This document shows positions 49,272 to 62,810 of a stretch of 64,000 bases of DNA, in pieces. The stretch is taken from contig RDEW01000036.1 of the NCBI GenBank assembly GCA_011109175.1, forward strand, positions 189,583-253,582, given 5' to 3'. The stretch's first letter is position 1. The number at the start of each line of letters is the position of its first letter. Source of the stretch: Dicyema japonicum (taxonomy: Eukaryota; Animalia; Dicyemida). The position numbers and the translations under genes are program-made. Under the pieces are notes generated by a model that saw nothing but the letters and a program-made list of their open reading frames with translations, was not told the origin of the DNA and did not search any database.

Positions 49272-49849
49272 GTTCTTGTGTGTCCTCACTTGCCAGATCG
49301 ACCTGGCAAATCAATCTATGCTACCATAGAAGCTCAAACTGTGGATTTTCCTGACAAGCTTGTAATTTCGGATTTACCTCGCCATCTTCCAGCTCTACCA
49401 AACCGTCCTCCTTGTTAGACACTGGTCTAAAGGAATGGGTTAGCTTAAAATTTTTGGAGTGTGATACGAGGGCCGTCTTTCGACTTATTACCTCTAATGG
49501 CACTGTTGACATCCCATCCTTGGATACTTTGCGCCTGTTGAGGGGGAAAAATTAGGGTGTACGAAAGGACCTGAGGCCTATCATCGCCGGAAACCGAATC
49601 CCACGTAACAGAGGCCAAAGTCCTTTGTGTCATTAAGCATTTTAGTGGCAACAGTGTCGGTATTGATGGAGTTAGCTATTATCATATAAAAACCTCATTT
49701 CCAGTCAATGACCGAGGCCAGACAAATTCTGTTATCGCTATTCATCTGTTTGAAATTACTTTCGACGTCTGTGTTAAAAAATTACAACGAAACTTTTAAC
49801 CATTCAGATTGGAGTGGAGATAAGAAATTGTGCGTGACTGGCATCCATT

Positions 49850-50290
49850 CAGGACTTTTCTTGACAATAAAAACCTTTACATTGGCACTTCACATCGCCA
49901 TGGCTTGGATGTTTATGAGGCTCACCGATGACGATGTTGAAAAATTATTGACAGAAAAGGAATACATCCTCTCTCCTGCATAAAGAGTTCTGGAACCCTA
50001 GATGACATTATTAAACGTGGTCTTGAAGTCGCTGGTTTTTCATCACTCATTGAGATTGTTGAAGAGGTTGGAACCAGACAGCATGAAGATCTTCTCATTC
50101 GCAAAATGAGGCTCTCATCTGTGACATGTAACCTGTATTAGTAATTTTCCTCGACAAATTTGATTTCCATTACGAACTCTAACTTTCCTTCCGCTGACTC
50201 TGCCAAAGAGAGGAAACTGGATGAATATTCTGCTCTTCGGGAATGTTTCCATTTCGTCCCAATTGCGTTTGATTTTGAATGTGGCTGAGT
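49850..50290 (+). mobile_element. CRE-clade C-terminal remnant
   Basis: LDDIIKRGLEVAG..VTC..SAKERKLDEYSAL..FHFVPIAF. Confidence 0.6.
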
Positions 50291-51039
50291 CTGTCACCAT
50301 AGGTGTTCACTAATAGATTGAAAGTGAAATTTCGTAAAGACAGGAAGATCCACGAAAGATATTTTGGCTCCGTCATCGTTCACTGCATGCTCACTGTCAC
50401 TTTTAAATTAAAAAAATTAGCCTTATCTGCTTAAAATACGAAAAAGTCGTTTTTAATCGAGTGTCTAATGTTATTGAAATAATTTTATTTCTAATAGTTA
50501 ATGAGGAACAGATACACTGTATTCAAGGCTTTTGACTGTGTTTGCCACCTTCGATACGTTGTTCTAAGAAATGCTGGAGAAATATCACTTTTATGACTGA
50601 AAAACTTTCCAACTTGTAGGGAATCATTTATACTAGTTGGAAACAGTATATTCAATAAGATCATACAGAGGGGTTCTAATTGGGCCTATTAGTCCCCTTC
50701 TTATTAATTGCGTGACAAGTGAGGTGTCTAAATTGGTACACCTATAATCATTCAAGTAGATAGCATACTTGCATCAAGCATAAGTCAATGTCTTGTAAAA
50801 TAATTGGACAAATCAAAAAGTGGTGTCGAGATAGTAATTTAACCTTATCACGTGATAAATTTAAATTTAGTTGAACAGTAAAAAAGGAAATTTTTAAATC
50901 AGCATTGGAAATTAGAATAGATTTGAATATGCATGGATCAGAAATGATCATTTAAAGATCGAATCTTAAAGAAATAAATCAAAAGAATGTTAAAATCCTT
51001 AATTCTCCTTCTAAAAATCTGGAGATATTCTTCTATCTG

Positions 51040-51150
51040 GTTCCATTGGGCCTGCGACGCTGGAATTCTTGAGTCACTTAGGGAATCGGATTTCTTCACG
51101 GTCACGAGATCCTCATGAGCGCTGCTGGTTATTATCCGTTCTAATATTTT
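51040..51150 (+). mobile_element. CRE-clade terminal remnant
   Basis: GSIGPATLEFLSHLGNRISSRSRDPHERCWL. Confidence 0.6.
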
Positions 51151-51430
51151 TCACCAAACTTTCCTCCTTCACGTTAATTAATTTTTTAGGAAAACTGATA
51201 ACTCCACTAGATCTGGAAAATTTTTAGAAAACGTTTAGGGAAATTTAATTTATTAGAAGAATATCTGAGAGTAAAAGATCCGTGTGAGCAATAACATAAT
51301 TATTTATCTCTAATTTTAATTAATTTCGTTTAGTAAAAACAAATAATTTTTGATGGATACCTTTGTTGCATAACTAAACAACCATCTAAAATTTCTAATT
51401 CCTCCTTGGTTCTCTTTAGAACCATCGTAT

Positions 51431-52606
51431 GGATTAAATTAAATTCTAAAGACCACTGTTAAACCGAAAAAAACTAAACAAAGTGATCTCGACGAATTGG
51501 ATCAAGGCTCTCATCTTTTCTCAGTGTTGATCCCTTGAGCCTACACAAGTTTGTTGCGGACGAGCACTTTCTTTTTGGCATTGATGTCCATTTTGTTTTT
51601 TTCGATTAGTTTCTCCATGGGTTTCGGTGATTTAATGTTTTCCCTGTACACCATCTCTCGGTTAGTTTTGAAGGCTCTTTTCTGGGTTGCGGAGATTTTC
51701 TGGATGTTCGTATAAGAGGCAAGTAGTCCCCATGAAGTACACGCATATGAAATGCATGGTTCGATGTACTGTGAGTAGAGCGTTTTAAGTATAGGGTGAT
51801 GTCCAATTTTCCATAGACCTGTTAGGCATTTCAGAAGGTTGATTTTTTTTTCACATTTGTTCAACACGTTAGTGACATGTCTCGAAAAGTTCATGTATCG
51901 AAAGTCAGACCCAATATTTTTTGCCATTTGCTGAACGGCAATTCTCTTCCCTCCGCAGTAACTTCTATTGTTCTGTTCGACAATCTTTTGTCCGAGGTAT
52001 AGAGAGTTGTAACAGATTTTTCGGTATTGATTGACATCCGATTTTCATTAAACCACTCGAGTAGTCGATCCATGTGGTGTTGTATTATTTCCGTCGCTGT
52101 TTGGGTGTTCTGATCCTGTGAGGCTAAGACGATATCGTCTGCATAAGCCAGAAACAGATCGTCTTCTCCATTCGGCGTCGGAATGTCAGCCGTAAACGGT
52201 TGAATAGTAATGGTGATAGGGCAGCCCTGGGGTACTCCATTTGGGAATAAACGGAAGACAGAATGAATGTTTCCAATGCACACTCTATCTCTTCGTCCGC
52301 TAAGGAAGTTCATCAAACAGCGTTTGAGGTTTTCAGGGATATCTGATTGGTAAATTTTCCATGTTAGGTTCTTCCTCGGCACAGAGTCGAAAGCTTTGTG
52401 AACGTCCAGTGAGCATAGCACAGTTTTCTTGTGTCTTGGCTTGCACTGAAATCCAGAGGGAATAAAGTTAGTCAGGGATATGAGGAAGCTCGTTGTGGCC
52501 CAATCCTTTTTGAAACCATGCTGGAATGGTCTATCGGGAGTCCTTTCATTAATTTTTGCGGGATAAGCTTTTCCAGAATTTTTAACATGGAGTATAGGAG
52601 AGAAAT
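51431..52606 (-). mobile_element. Jockey/I-like LINE family B, 3' part; continues at 55650-55760 across an RTE insertion
   Basis: QHGF, LDVHKAFDSV, NGVPQG, YADD, ILGLTFD. Joining the two halves restores SFRPISLLYSMLKILEK. Confidence 0.92.
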
Positions 52607-55600
52607 TTTGGTTGAGGTGGTGACGTCCCTCTATGGCACACATGTCTAATACGCAATTGAATAATCCTTGGTTTTCTACCCTTACCTTCAATGCCAGGGG
52701 CCTTAATGACTGGTCGAAGAGGCACCAACTAATGTCTGGACCTTGCAAAATATGGATGCTCTGTTTGCTGTCTCCAAGAGACGAAGCTCAGAAAAGGACT
52801 CGATGAAAACCTTGGAGACTACAGACTAATCCTCCTTCCATCGTACTGTAAACACTATGGACAGGGTTTCGCTGTTCACAAGAATTTGCTCCCCAGATTA
52901 CATCGATATTGGAAAATTGATGACAGGATATGTGTTATTCAATTCTTATTGGACCCAAAGGGAAGTCCAGGCAACTAATTTCCATGTGAACGTGTACGCC
53001 CCACATAGTGGCCGTGTTTCCAAAAACCCAGAGGAATTGGACGTTTTCTACGAAGAACTTGTCGAGGTCGTATCTTCTCTGAAGTTTTCATCGTTCCTCT
53101 TTATCGCTGGTGATTGGAATGCTAAAGCTGGGGTACATCAAGGACACGAACGTTTTATTGGACCACATGGAAGGGGGATCAGGAACTATTCTGGTACTGC
53201 TCTGGCATATTTCTGCGAATCCTTTGATTTATTCCTGTGCAATACTCAATTCCAACATTCCGCACGCCACAAGACAACGTGGATGGGCACTAGACTATCG
53301 ACCACCGGAAATCTGATAAGGATTTATAATCAGATCGATTATATTCTGTGTCGAGTAAAAGACAAATCTCTCTTACGGGACTCGAGATCTTATGGAGGAC
53401 TAACTGTTAACAGTGATCACAAAATTGTGTCAGCAAGATTCAGCTTAAGACTTGGTCCAACTGCGGAGGAGTTCCTCTACGGGATAACTAATAGAAGATG
53501 CTTCTTCCAAACACATCGTGGTGGAGATTCCACGCGATCAAGAAGGTATATGACTGAACTCTTGGGCTCTTCACCAAAAGTACAAGCAGACTATAAAGAA
53601 TGTGTATCGGATTCAATTAATAATACGGCATCGGATCTTTCACCAGGAAAGGCATGGCTCGAAACTAGGAGAGGGATCATTTCCGCTGCTGACAAACATC
53701 TGGGGGAACTTAAACCCCATAGCAGTCAGCGTCACCCGGAAGTGTCAGCCCTATTGAATTTGCAGAAGAACTTAAGGCTTAGATCCGAAAATACTGTCGA
53801 TCCTCAGACTGTTTGCAAACTGAAACAAGAACGAAGGCAAATTGAGAGAAAAATCAAACTCCTAAACAGACTACATCACACTAGTCAGTTGGAAAGCAAG
53901 ATCAGAGAGGTAGAAAACCTTAAAGACAATGCTGCGACATTCATGGCTATACGACTAATACGGAGGAAGAGCCAATCAGTGAAACTTATTTTGCATGACA
54001 GAAATGGAAAAACAATAGGAAATGTTGCAGAACAGACAGAGTTCATAGCATCGCATATTGAACAACTGTTCTTTGTAAAAGGAGAAAAATCAGATTTCAC
54101 GCCTAAGAACACAACACTTGAACGGATCATTTCACCGGAGGAGGTTTGCATGGCGATAAGGAAACTTAAATCTGGGCGCTCTCCAGGACCAGATAATATA
54201 CCATCTGAATTGCTAAAATTTGGCCCTCCAGAACTTGCAGATAAACTCTCAAAATTGCTGAATGACATGATAGAAAACAAGGACTTTTCAGAAATTGGAA
54301 AGGGGATACTAGTACCAGTTCAAAAAGGTAATAAACCCCCTGGGCCAGTTGAAAACCTGCGCCCTGTCATCCTTCTAAACACCTTAAGGAAGATCCTTGC
54401 CCTAATTACTCTTAATCGGATCCAAGAGCCGGTGGACGGGTACTTGGCCCAGAGCCAGAGTGGTTTTAGGACAGGGAGATCAACGGCTGATGTAGTATGG
54501 TGCCATAGATGGCAATGTGCTATTCAACAAAGATTCCGGAGCTCAAAGACTATCCTTGGAATTGATCTGACCAGAGCTTTCGACACTGTCCGTCGGGGAA
54601 AACTCATTGAAGTGCTTGAAAGTTTCCTGGATAAGGACTCGGTTATTCTGATACGGATACTCTTATCAAACACGAGGTTACGAGTGCGTATTGGAAAATG
54701 TTTGTCACGGGAAATTATTTCAACAGTGGGCACACCCCAAGGAGATTCCCTTTCCCCAGTATTGTTTGCTATATACCTTGAATCGGCTCTGCAAGACCTC
54801 CGGAAGTATTACAACAATGATATTATGGAGATCGTGTATGCCGATGATGTTGACTTTATCTCGACTGACAAAGAAGCACTCTTACGTCTCTTGGAGGTTG
54901 CATCAGGCTGTTTGGCCAAATGGTGTCTATCACTGAATGTTCAGAAAACGGATATTGTTGAAATTAAGCGGATGGAACTACGCAATAGTGAATGTTGGAG
55001 GAAGACCGTAAAGCTTGGCTCTCTTCTCGGAGACTCCGAAGACATTGCAAGAAGAAAATTGTTATCTACGGTTACTATGCAAAAACTTATGAAATGTTGG
55101 ATAAGAAAATGCTCGGTCGGGCCATCACTCCGACTCAGGTTGTATGAGGCGTTCGTGAGGCCCATACTAACATACAACTCTGGGACGTGGGGAATTTCGA
55201 AAACGGACGAACAAAACCTTGACTCCTTTCACAGAAGGCAACTTCGGTCTCTCTTGGGACTAAAGTGGCCAATGCGTGTAGGGAGTGAAAATTTATATAG
55301 AAGATGCGGTTCCGGACCTCTGAGCACCATGATCATGAAGGCTCGCTGGAGATTGTTTGGCCATATTCTCAGATTGGAACAAGACACACCAGCAAACGTC
55401 GTCATGGAAGAATACTTCGATACGTCAGGGGAGAAGTTCAGAGGTCGTCCAAGAATAACTCTTCCGGAAGTCCTTAATGGTGACCTGAGATCAGTAACCA
55501 GACAACTAAAGGACGGTGAAGACCTTAGTAGTCTGCGGAACTTGGCATCGGACAGGAGGGGATGGGAAAGGCTAATTAAGAGGATTGTTCGGACGCGGCA

Positions 55601-55649
55601 CGAATAGAATTATAGTTTATATGATTCTATGTAGTTGCTTATAATAATA
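52607..55649 (+). mobile_element. Full-length RTE LINE with a 13-bp TSD; open RT frame, two frameshifts in the 5' endonuclease
   Basis: TFNARG/CLQETK, NVYAPH, GDWNAK, NQIDY, GTPQGDSLSP, YADD, RWRLFGHILR, (TAA)n tail. TSD ATAGGAGAGAAAT at 52594-52606 and 55650-55662. Confidence 0.97.
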
Positions 55650-55883
55650 ATAGGAGAGAAATAGGCCTGAAGGAAGCTGGGTCTTCATTCGGTTTTTCTG
55701 GCTTCAATACTGGCGAACGAATGGATGTAATCGTATTTTCAATATGGATGCAGTAATTAAGTCAAAGGTTCCACAACACTACAATGGTCATGTGAGATGA
55801 TCTCCTTGTAAATATTAAATGAAAAACATGAGGAATATACCTGAGTACATTTATAGGTATAATACCGCTTCTAGTCCCCACGC

Positions 55884-58800
55884 TTCTAGTCCCCTTTTGG
55901 TTGAAGTGGTGACGTGCTTCTGTTTTTCTTCTCTAGAAAAATTCATGTCTTTATCATGTCTAAATGCAAAATCCTTGTTTTCCCATCGCCACATACAATG
56001 TTCGTGGCCTCTCATCTCTGATCAAGAGGGAACTATTATCCGAAGATCTGTCCCGTTACAAAATCGACATTTGCTGCATACAGGAAACAAAGAACGCTCT
56101 AGGATCCGATGAAACCATTGGTAACTACCGGATTCTTCTACTCCATCAGAAAAATCGACACTACGGTCTTGGTTTTGCAATTAACTGGAACCTAGTGAAC
56201 TGCTTGCATAAAGTATGGACAGTCAGTGATCGTGTTGCCGTTATGCAATTGTGTTTATCATCTACAAACAATACTATGATGACTGTTATCAAATGTATAT
56301 GCCCCACACATGGGCAGAGTTTCCAAAAATATGGATGAGTTGGAAGAGTTTTATCAAATCCTATCGAATACATATATGCGAGTTCATCGATCTGCACTTA
56401 TATTTATCTGTGGTGACTGGAATGCCAAAGCTGGCATGAGAAGGCACGACGAAGTCTGTATGGGAAAATATGGCAGAGGGTATTGTAATCTCTCTGGACA
56501 CTCACTCATGGATTTTTGTAATTCATCAAATCTGTATGCAATACCACTTTTAAACACCCAGCAAAACATAGAACTACCTGGGTTGGCATAAGAAGGTCCA
56601 AAGACGAACATACGTGCATATTCAACCAAATAGACTACATTATCTGCCCTATCTCCTTGAAGAGACTTCTGTCTGACTTTAGGAGTTATGGAGGAACCAG
56701 TATGACAGTGACCATAAGCTGCCAGATTAAATCTCAAACGATACTACGGAATTGAGACAGTCAAGAGGAAAAGCACACCTTAAATAGACGTTTGGCTGTG
56801 GAAATGTTGACTTTTGACACTTGGCAAAAGAGATACCAACAAAATGTCTCTAAACGTTTACGTGGAGTTGAACCCAGTGGCACCCCCTCGACTGACCTCG
56901 GGAAGATCTTGGATATTCTAAAACTGTCGGCGATAGAGACTGTTGGATACCAGGAAAAAGACCAAAATAGACGAATGATTCATGACCCCTTAATTCGAGA
57001 ATTGTCTGAGCAGCAGAAAGAAATACGTTCGAAACTGGGAAGTTCAAATTCGAATAAATGTGTATTAAGGAGAAAACGCAATCAAATATCGCATCTGATA
57101 AGAAGACGATCAAATATCCTTTGGCACAAATATTTGGACGATAAAGCAACTGAAATCGAAAACTGTCAGTATGGAAGACGAATGTTCTCTGCTGTTAGAC
57201 TACTTACACGAGGAACTGCAAAGAAACCACTGAAAGTCTGTGACGACGAAGGTCAATATCTTCAAAACCCTGAGGATAAAGCAAATTATATTGCTAGACA
57301 CTTCGAGTTGTTGTTTAAATCTGAAGGGATGAATGTACCTAAATTTATTGGATATCCGAGACCCCTTACAAACAAAATTACAATAAAGGAAGTAACCGAT
57401 GCATTTAAGCATCTAAAGGGAAATCGGTCGGCTGGTTATGATGGCATTCCGGGTGAGTTACTAAAACATGCCCCGGTTACTGTTGGGAATATAATCACGA
57501 ATATCTTAAATGAGTCGATGGAACTTCACTGTCCACTTCCTTTGGGACATGGAGTCTTAATTCCAATACATACACCTGGGAAAAAAGAAGGGTCGTTGGA
57601 CGGACTAAGACCTATTATTCTATTGTCAGTTATCAGGAAAACCTTATCGATCATAGTGCTTAACCGTATACGAGAGCCAGTGGAAAAATACCTTTCCCTA
57701 AGTCAAAGTGGGTTTAGAAGTGAAGATCAACCTCAGATATTGTGTGGAGTCATCGATGGCTCACATCAATATGTCAAAAATACACGAAAGTAATCTACAT
57801 CCTAGGAATTGATCTAACGAAGGCTTTTGACAGCATCAATAGAGAAAAACTCATGATTGTTCTAAAGGAACTGCTTGACGAGGACTGCCTGAGACTAATA
57901 AGTTTATTACTTTCCGAAACTGACCTATCCGTGAGAATAGGAACAAAGCATTCAAAGAGTTTCAGTACCAACATGGGCACCCCACAAGGAGATTCCTTGT
58001 CCCCAATTATATTTATTGTTTACCTCGAAGCTGCGCTCAAGGAATTGAGAAATGTCATGGGTCCTAAATACCGGGACATAACAGAGTTAATTTATGCGGA
58101 TGATGTAGACTTTGTGTCTACCGACCAAGAAATACTTGACCAAATTTTACTTAAGCCGAACGTATTTTTAAGAATTGGGATTTACGCATAAACATTAAAA
58201 AAACTGATTATACACGAGTCGAACGAGCAGAATCAAGGAACGATGAGTGCTGGAGACATACCAAAAAACTCGGCTCACTGCTAGGTGATGCTAAGGATAT
58301 TTGTCGAAGGAAAATGCTGGCTACCATATACTTCAAAAAAATGTACCAAATTTGGATAAGGAAAAAACATGTATCACTGAAACTTCGTGTCAGACTATAC
58401 GACACGTTTGTTAAACCAATTTTGCTATACAATTCCGGAACATGGGCATGTTCTAAAATTGATTTAGAGAAGCTAGATACTTTTCACAGGAACCAACTCC
58501 GCATGTTGATTGGAATTTTTTGGCCGAGAAAAATCTCAAATGAAAATCTATATTCACGATGTAAATCCAGACCACTCAGCACCGATGTTATTTTATCGAG
58601 ATGGCGACTATTTGGACATATCCTCAGACTGGACCCGACTACGCCATGTAACAGAATAATGGAAGAATATTTCTACTACACCGGAAGTCGCGGATTTCGA
58701 GGCAGACCAAGAAACACACTTCCAACCTGCTTAAAAGATGACTACGAACAAAATAGTCGTAAATTGGTGACAGCGGACGATCTAGATGATGTTCGAATGA

Positions 58801-58912
58801 GGGCCAGGAACAAGATGGCGTGGGCGAGGATGGCGAGGAGGATGGCTGCTAAACATGGCTCAAGCAAACCCCTTTTAGGGCCACGCGAAAGAGCTCTTAA
58901 CTAACTAACTAA
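55884..58912 (+). mobile_element. Full-length frameshifted RTE LINE with a (TAAC)n tail and a 13-bp TSD
   Basis: TYNVRG/CIQETK through GTPQGDSLSP, YADD and RWRLFGHILR. TSD CTAGTCCCCACGC at 55871-55883 and 58913-58925. Confidence 0.95.
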
Positions 58913-59409
58913 CTAGTCCCCACGCAATAACTCAGTGAGGTGCATTGTGATGCTCTGAGTCATGCATCACTTTTGTTGTATATGCAAAAGCCAGACAAGC
59001 CAGACGATGCTGGTCAAGTTCAGGTTTTATCTCATCTATGATCTTTGACCATAAAAATTTGTCCCAGTCTTGTTGTAGACTAGCGTTTTTAGAGAATCCC
59101 ACTCTCAGTCGCGTCCAGACTTCCCGAGCCGTGCATGCCACTAGTTGATCATCCAATCCGTTAATGTTTACATATTAGAGAGCGTATTTCCAAGATCTTA
59201 TCTCATTAACGTTTAATTGAAATACATTTGTCAATCTGATCTTTTATTGGGCTGTTGAAATCTTTAGTTGAAAACTTTTTAACAGCGTTTCACATGAGAG
59301 TGAGAAACCTCCCATAAAGCTATTGGTTCTTTTTCGAAGACCGAAAACTTAAAGAGTTGATGAACTACATAACGTCAAGCTAATTAAATAGAAGTTTTCG
59401 TAGAAACTA

Positions 59410-59720
59410 TTATGAATTAGTTATTAACCCCGACCTCGTTACCTTTTAGGAGGCCAGCTGTCCTCATGCACTCAGCAGTTAGTGTTGGACACTTCCACAG
59501 ATCTCTCATCTTCACTAAAGGTCCCGAGCAGGAAAGCTTCTTGTAGAATCAATGATAATTAATCCGGTGGAGAAAGCCTAAGGCCCGATTCGTCTCTTAG
59601 AAATAAGTCTCCAGAACGTAATTGTGATAGGATCCTCCTTGTTTCTCTTTCGATGGTAGTCTCCGAGTCATCCACCAGTGGGGGAGAGCCATCCAAGAGG
59701 ATTGGATAAAAATAAAATAT
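59410..59720 (-). mobile_element. Jockey/I-like 3' fragment
   Basis: PPLVDDSETTIERETRRILSQLRSG, ending CGGGGTTAATAA. Confidence 0.7.
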
Positions 59721-60659
59721 TAAGTTATATTGTTTTTATTAATAAAATTAGTTATATTAAAATTAAACTTAATTCTAGTATTGTTTGTATGAGCACAATA
59801 AGTGACATTCAAGAGTATATAGCCGGAGTTGTTTTCGATGAACACTTGATTGTCACCTACAAACACATACATGTGAATTTGGTATTTCAACAGAGGATTC
59901 TATAAAGTAAGTAATTTGTATAAATATAGATATCTCAATGACTTTTACGCCAGTCATCCTGATTTAAAATCATATTTTTATTTATTAGGTGTGGATAAAT
60001 CTCAAGTTAATTAAATTATAATTTAGAATTTAAAATGTAAAATATTAAATTCAAATGATATTGCTGATGTAGTAGTAAATGAATATGATAAAGTAATAGA
60101 TAAGCATATATACAGTCTTCATAAAAATAAAATTGTAATTATTGATTATATTCTAAGGACACTAATTTACTATTTCTTTCTGAAAATGAAGTTTCCTTCA
60201 AAATGTTGGACAGAAAATTGAATATGGTTCCTTCGCCTACTATCGAAGAATTTGATAGGGAATTTGAGTAGTGTCTTATAAATACTTTAGATTTGATAAT
60301 ATGAATACTGATTCAACAGTTTGTGGTGTATTATCTGATCACAAACATGTTATACCTCCATCGAGTAAAAGCAAGCAAAAGAGAATAGCCTATGAGGAGG
60401 ATTGTTGTAAAATAATAATTATTATTAGTTAATTCATCTGTTGTGTGTAATACTATAACCAAACCTTCAAATGATGCTATAACTACTTTAGTCCGTCAAA
60501 AACCAAGAAATTGTTCTTCTGACTCAAGAAACCTTAAGAAAGATAGAAACATTAAATTTAAGCAGTGTTCTATAACTAGTTTCTTTAATAAAAATAAATA
60601 GTATTTCCTATAGTGTCCACAGTAGTTCTTTTTAGCATAAAAGGGAGTTCTAAAACTTT

Positions 60660-60830
60660 TTTGTATTCATCTCTAAGATTATATACCAATAGTTTGTTTT
60701 ACCATCATAAAGTACGTTTGTGCGGTATGGATTCTCTTGCTATTGGCACAGAGCAAATTGGAGGTGATGCAAAACCTATGCATTAGAATATTATTGAGGA
60801 TTCCCGAAACAGACAGCAACTACTGCGGAA
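60660..60830 (+). mobile_element. Jockey/I-like RT C-terminal remnant
   Basis: IKYVCAVW..SKLEVMQNLCIRILL. Confidence 0.5.
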
Positions 60831-60844
60831 AACGTTTATTCTCG

Positions 60845-60990
60845 TCATTATTATAAGCACTTAACGCCTTGCCATAATGGTTATAGCAAAGCAAGTGCCA
60901 CATAAGAAACAACGTTATTAGTTAACTTCTTCCATCCTCCACGGTTACACGCTGTCTTCTGTGAAACGCATAGAGCCATCGATCGACCCT
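60845..60990 (-). mobile_element. RTE 3'-end stub
   Basis: NRGGWKKLT followed by TATGGCAAGGCGTTAAGTGCTTATAATAAT. Confidence 0.65.
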
Positions 60991-61399
60991 AGTACCAGCA
61001 TTATATTTAGTATTCACAAATTAATTAAGATTAACAAGTCCTATCAGCCATCCCTTTAAGTCTCGCCAACCATGGAATTTCACATAGGACACCACCGAGA
61101 TTTCCTCAAAATGACCAGAATATCCTCTTGGTTGAAGAAACTACTTCTTTGTGTAGATTAATCCAGAATTTCAGGACTAACTCCACAAGGAAACTTGCTA
61201 TGGATACTGATATCACTTAATTAGGCGACATCTTTTATCCCGTATCCTTTCCAAACAACAGGTTCATTAATTCTCAGCTGTGGGTATCCCTCCAGTAGAG
61301 TAGGGAAGAGAGACAATTTTTGGATGCCGGACTAGTCACTATACTTCCTGTATCGTCATACAATATGTTTATTCCTGCCTTCAACTCTTATACAATAAG

Positions 61400-62810
61400 T
61401 CTTATAAAACAGAGACCGGTTGAAGAGATGCCATCTGATGGACCTGGAGTCCTTGACAGCCCTCAGACAACTAAATAAAAGGATCTGTCAGAGCATAAAA
61501 GAACACAAGGACAAGAGATGGCAGCATCTAGTTAACCACCTCGACAAAAAAAGTTTAATCCGACATTTCTGGAAAACTCTTAAACAAGTCAAGTTAGAGC
61601 TGGAGGATGCAGACGGAACCGGAAAGTCTTCTTCTGAACACTTATGCCACTTACATCCTAACATCCTTATGAAACATTACGCTGGAATTAGCTTAAAACC
61701 TTCTCGAAACACCTGGGCATTAAGGTGAGTGCCCATAAACATAAGAAGGAACCTTACCACGAACTATTCTCAGATGACCAAGTCTTGGATGTGATCACCA
61801 GATTAAAGAGCTCACGGGCGTGCGAGCCTAACAAAGTATCTACTATTCACCTAAAACACCTAAGCCACTACGCAATTGGCTACCTCACGCAAATATACAA
61901 CCTGTCCATTAACTATAATATTATTCCCAAGATTTGGAAGAATTCTATCATCAGACCGATGTTGAAGGCTGAAAAACCAGAGACAGAACCTACCTCCTAC
62001 AGGCCTATCTCCGTTACCAGTACACTGTCAAAAATTATGAAGAAACTTGTATTATCAGTCATTATTCAGTACCTTCCACGTCCTATATTTCAACATGGTT
62101 TCCTCCGCGGTAAGTCCACCGCTACATACTTGGCTACCCTATCGCAGTTCATTGCCGACAAGTTTAACACCCATCCCCCGCCTGACAAACGCACAATCTT
62201 GGTTTCTATTGACATCAACAAAGCCTTCGACACTGTTTGAGGAAAATCCTGGTTGGAAAAATATTTTCTACTAATATTCGTCCGAATGTAAAATTATGGC
62301 TGGCCAACTTTTTGTCTGAAAGTCGTGGAAGAGTAGTCAGTGGTGATCTCAGATCTAGATCACGATTACTACCGAACGGGGTACCCCAGAGGTCTCCAAT
62401 TTCACCAATTCTATTCAACTTATTCCTACACGACCTACCTAATGATGGAGACAAAGATTCCCTTCTATTATCCTACGCAGACGATTAAGACTCAGGCAAA
62501 ATTGAACATTTTCCACGATTGGATTGTTGGCAATCGACTTACGATTTCTGCTACCAAGTCTATTTGTACCATTTTCACTTCAGACCGTTGTTCTAAGGAT
62601 GAACTAAGTATCTTTATTGGTCCCATTCGGATTCCAGTGACAAGGTCCCCCACTGTCCTTGGAGTCAAGTACGACAGTCTACTCAATTTTAACTCCCACG
62701 CAAAAGACATGATCACCAAGGGTCTCCAGAAAATTAACGTTTTACGCGCCTTTGTCCGTTTTACGCAAATCTTCGAAATCAGAATAAACATGGAAACCTT
62801 TCGATAATCC
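61400..62810 (+). mobile_element. Degenerate Jockey/I-like LINE
   Basis: WKNSIIRPMLK..SYRPIS, QHGF, DINKAFDTV, NGVPQ, YADD, VLGVKYD. Confidence 0.9.

Noticed and set aside
51891-52748. 285-aa ORF as a single protein
   Set aside because: Chimeric: the first ~48 codons are the antisense 5' end of the inserted RTE, shown by the TSD at 52594-52606.
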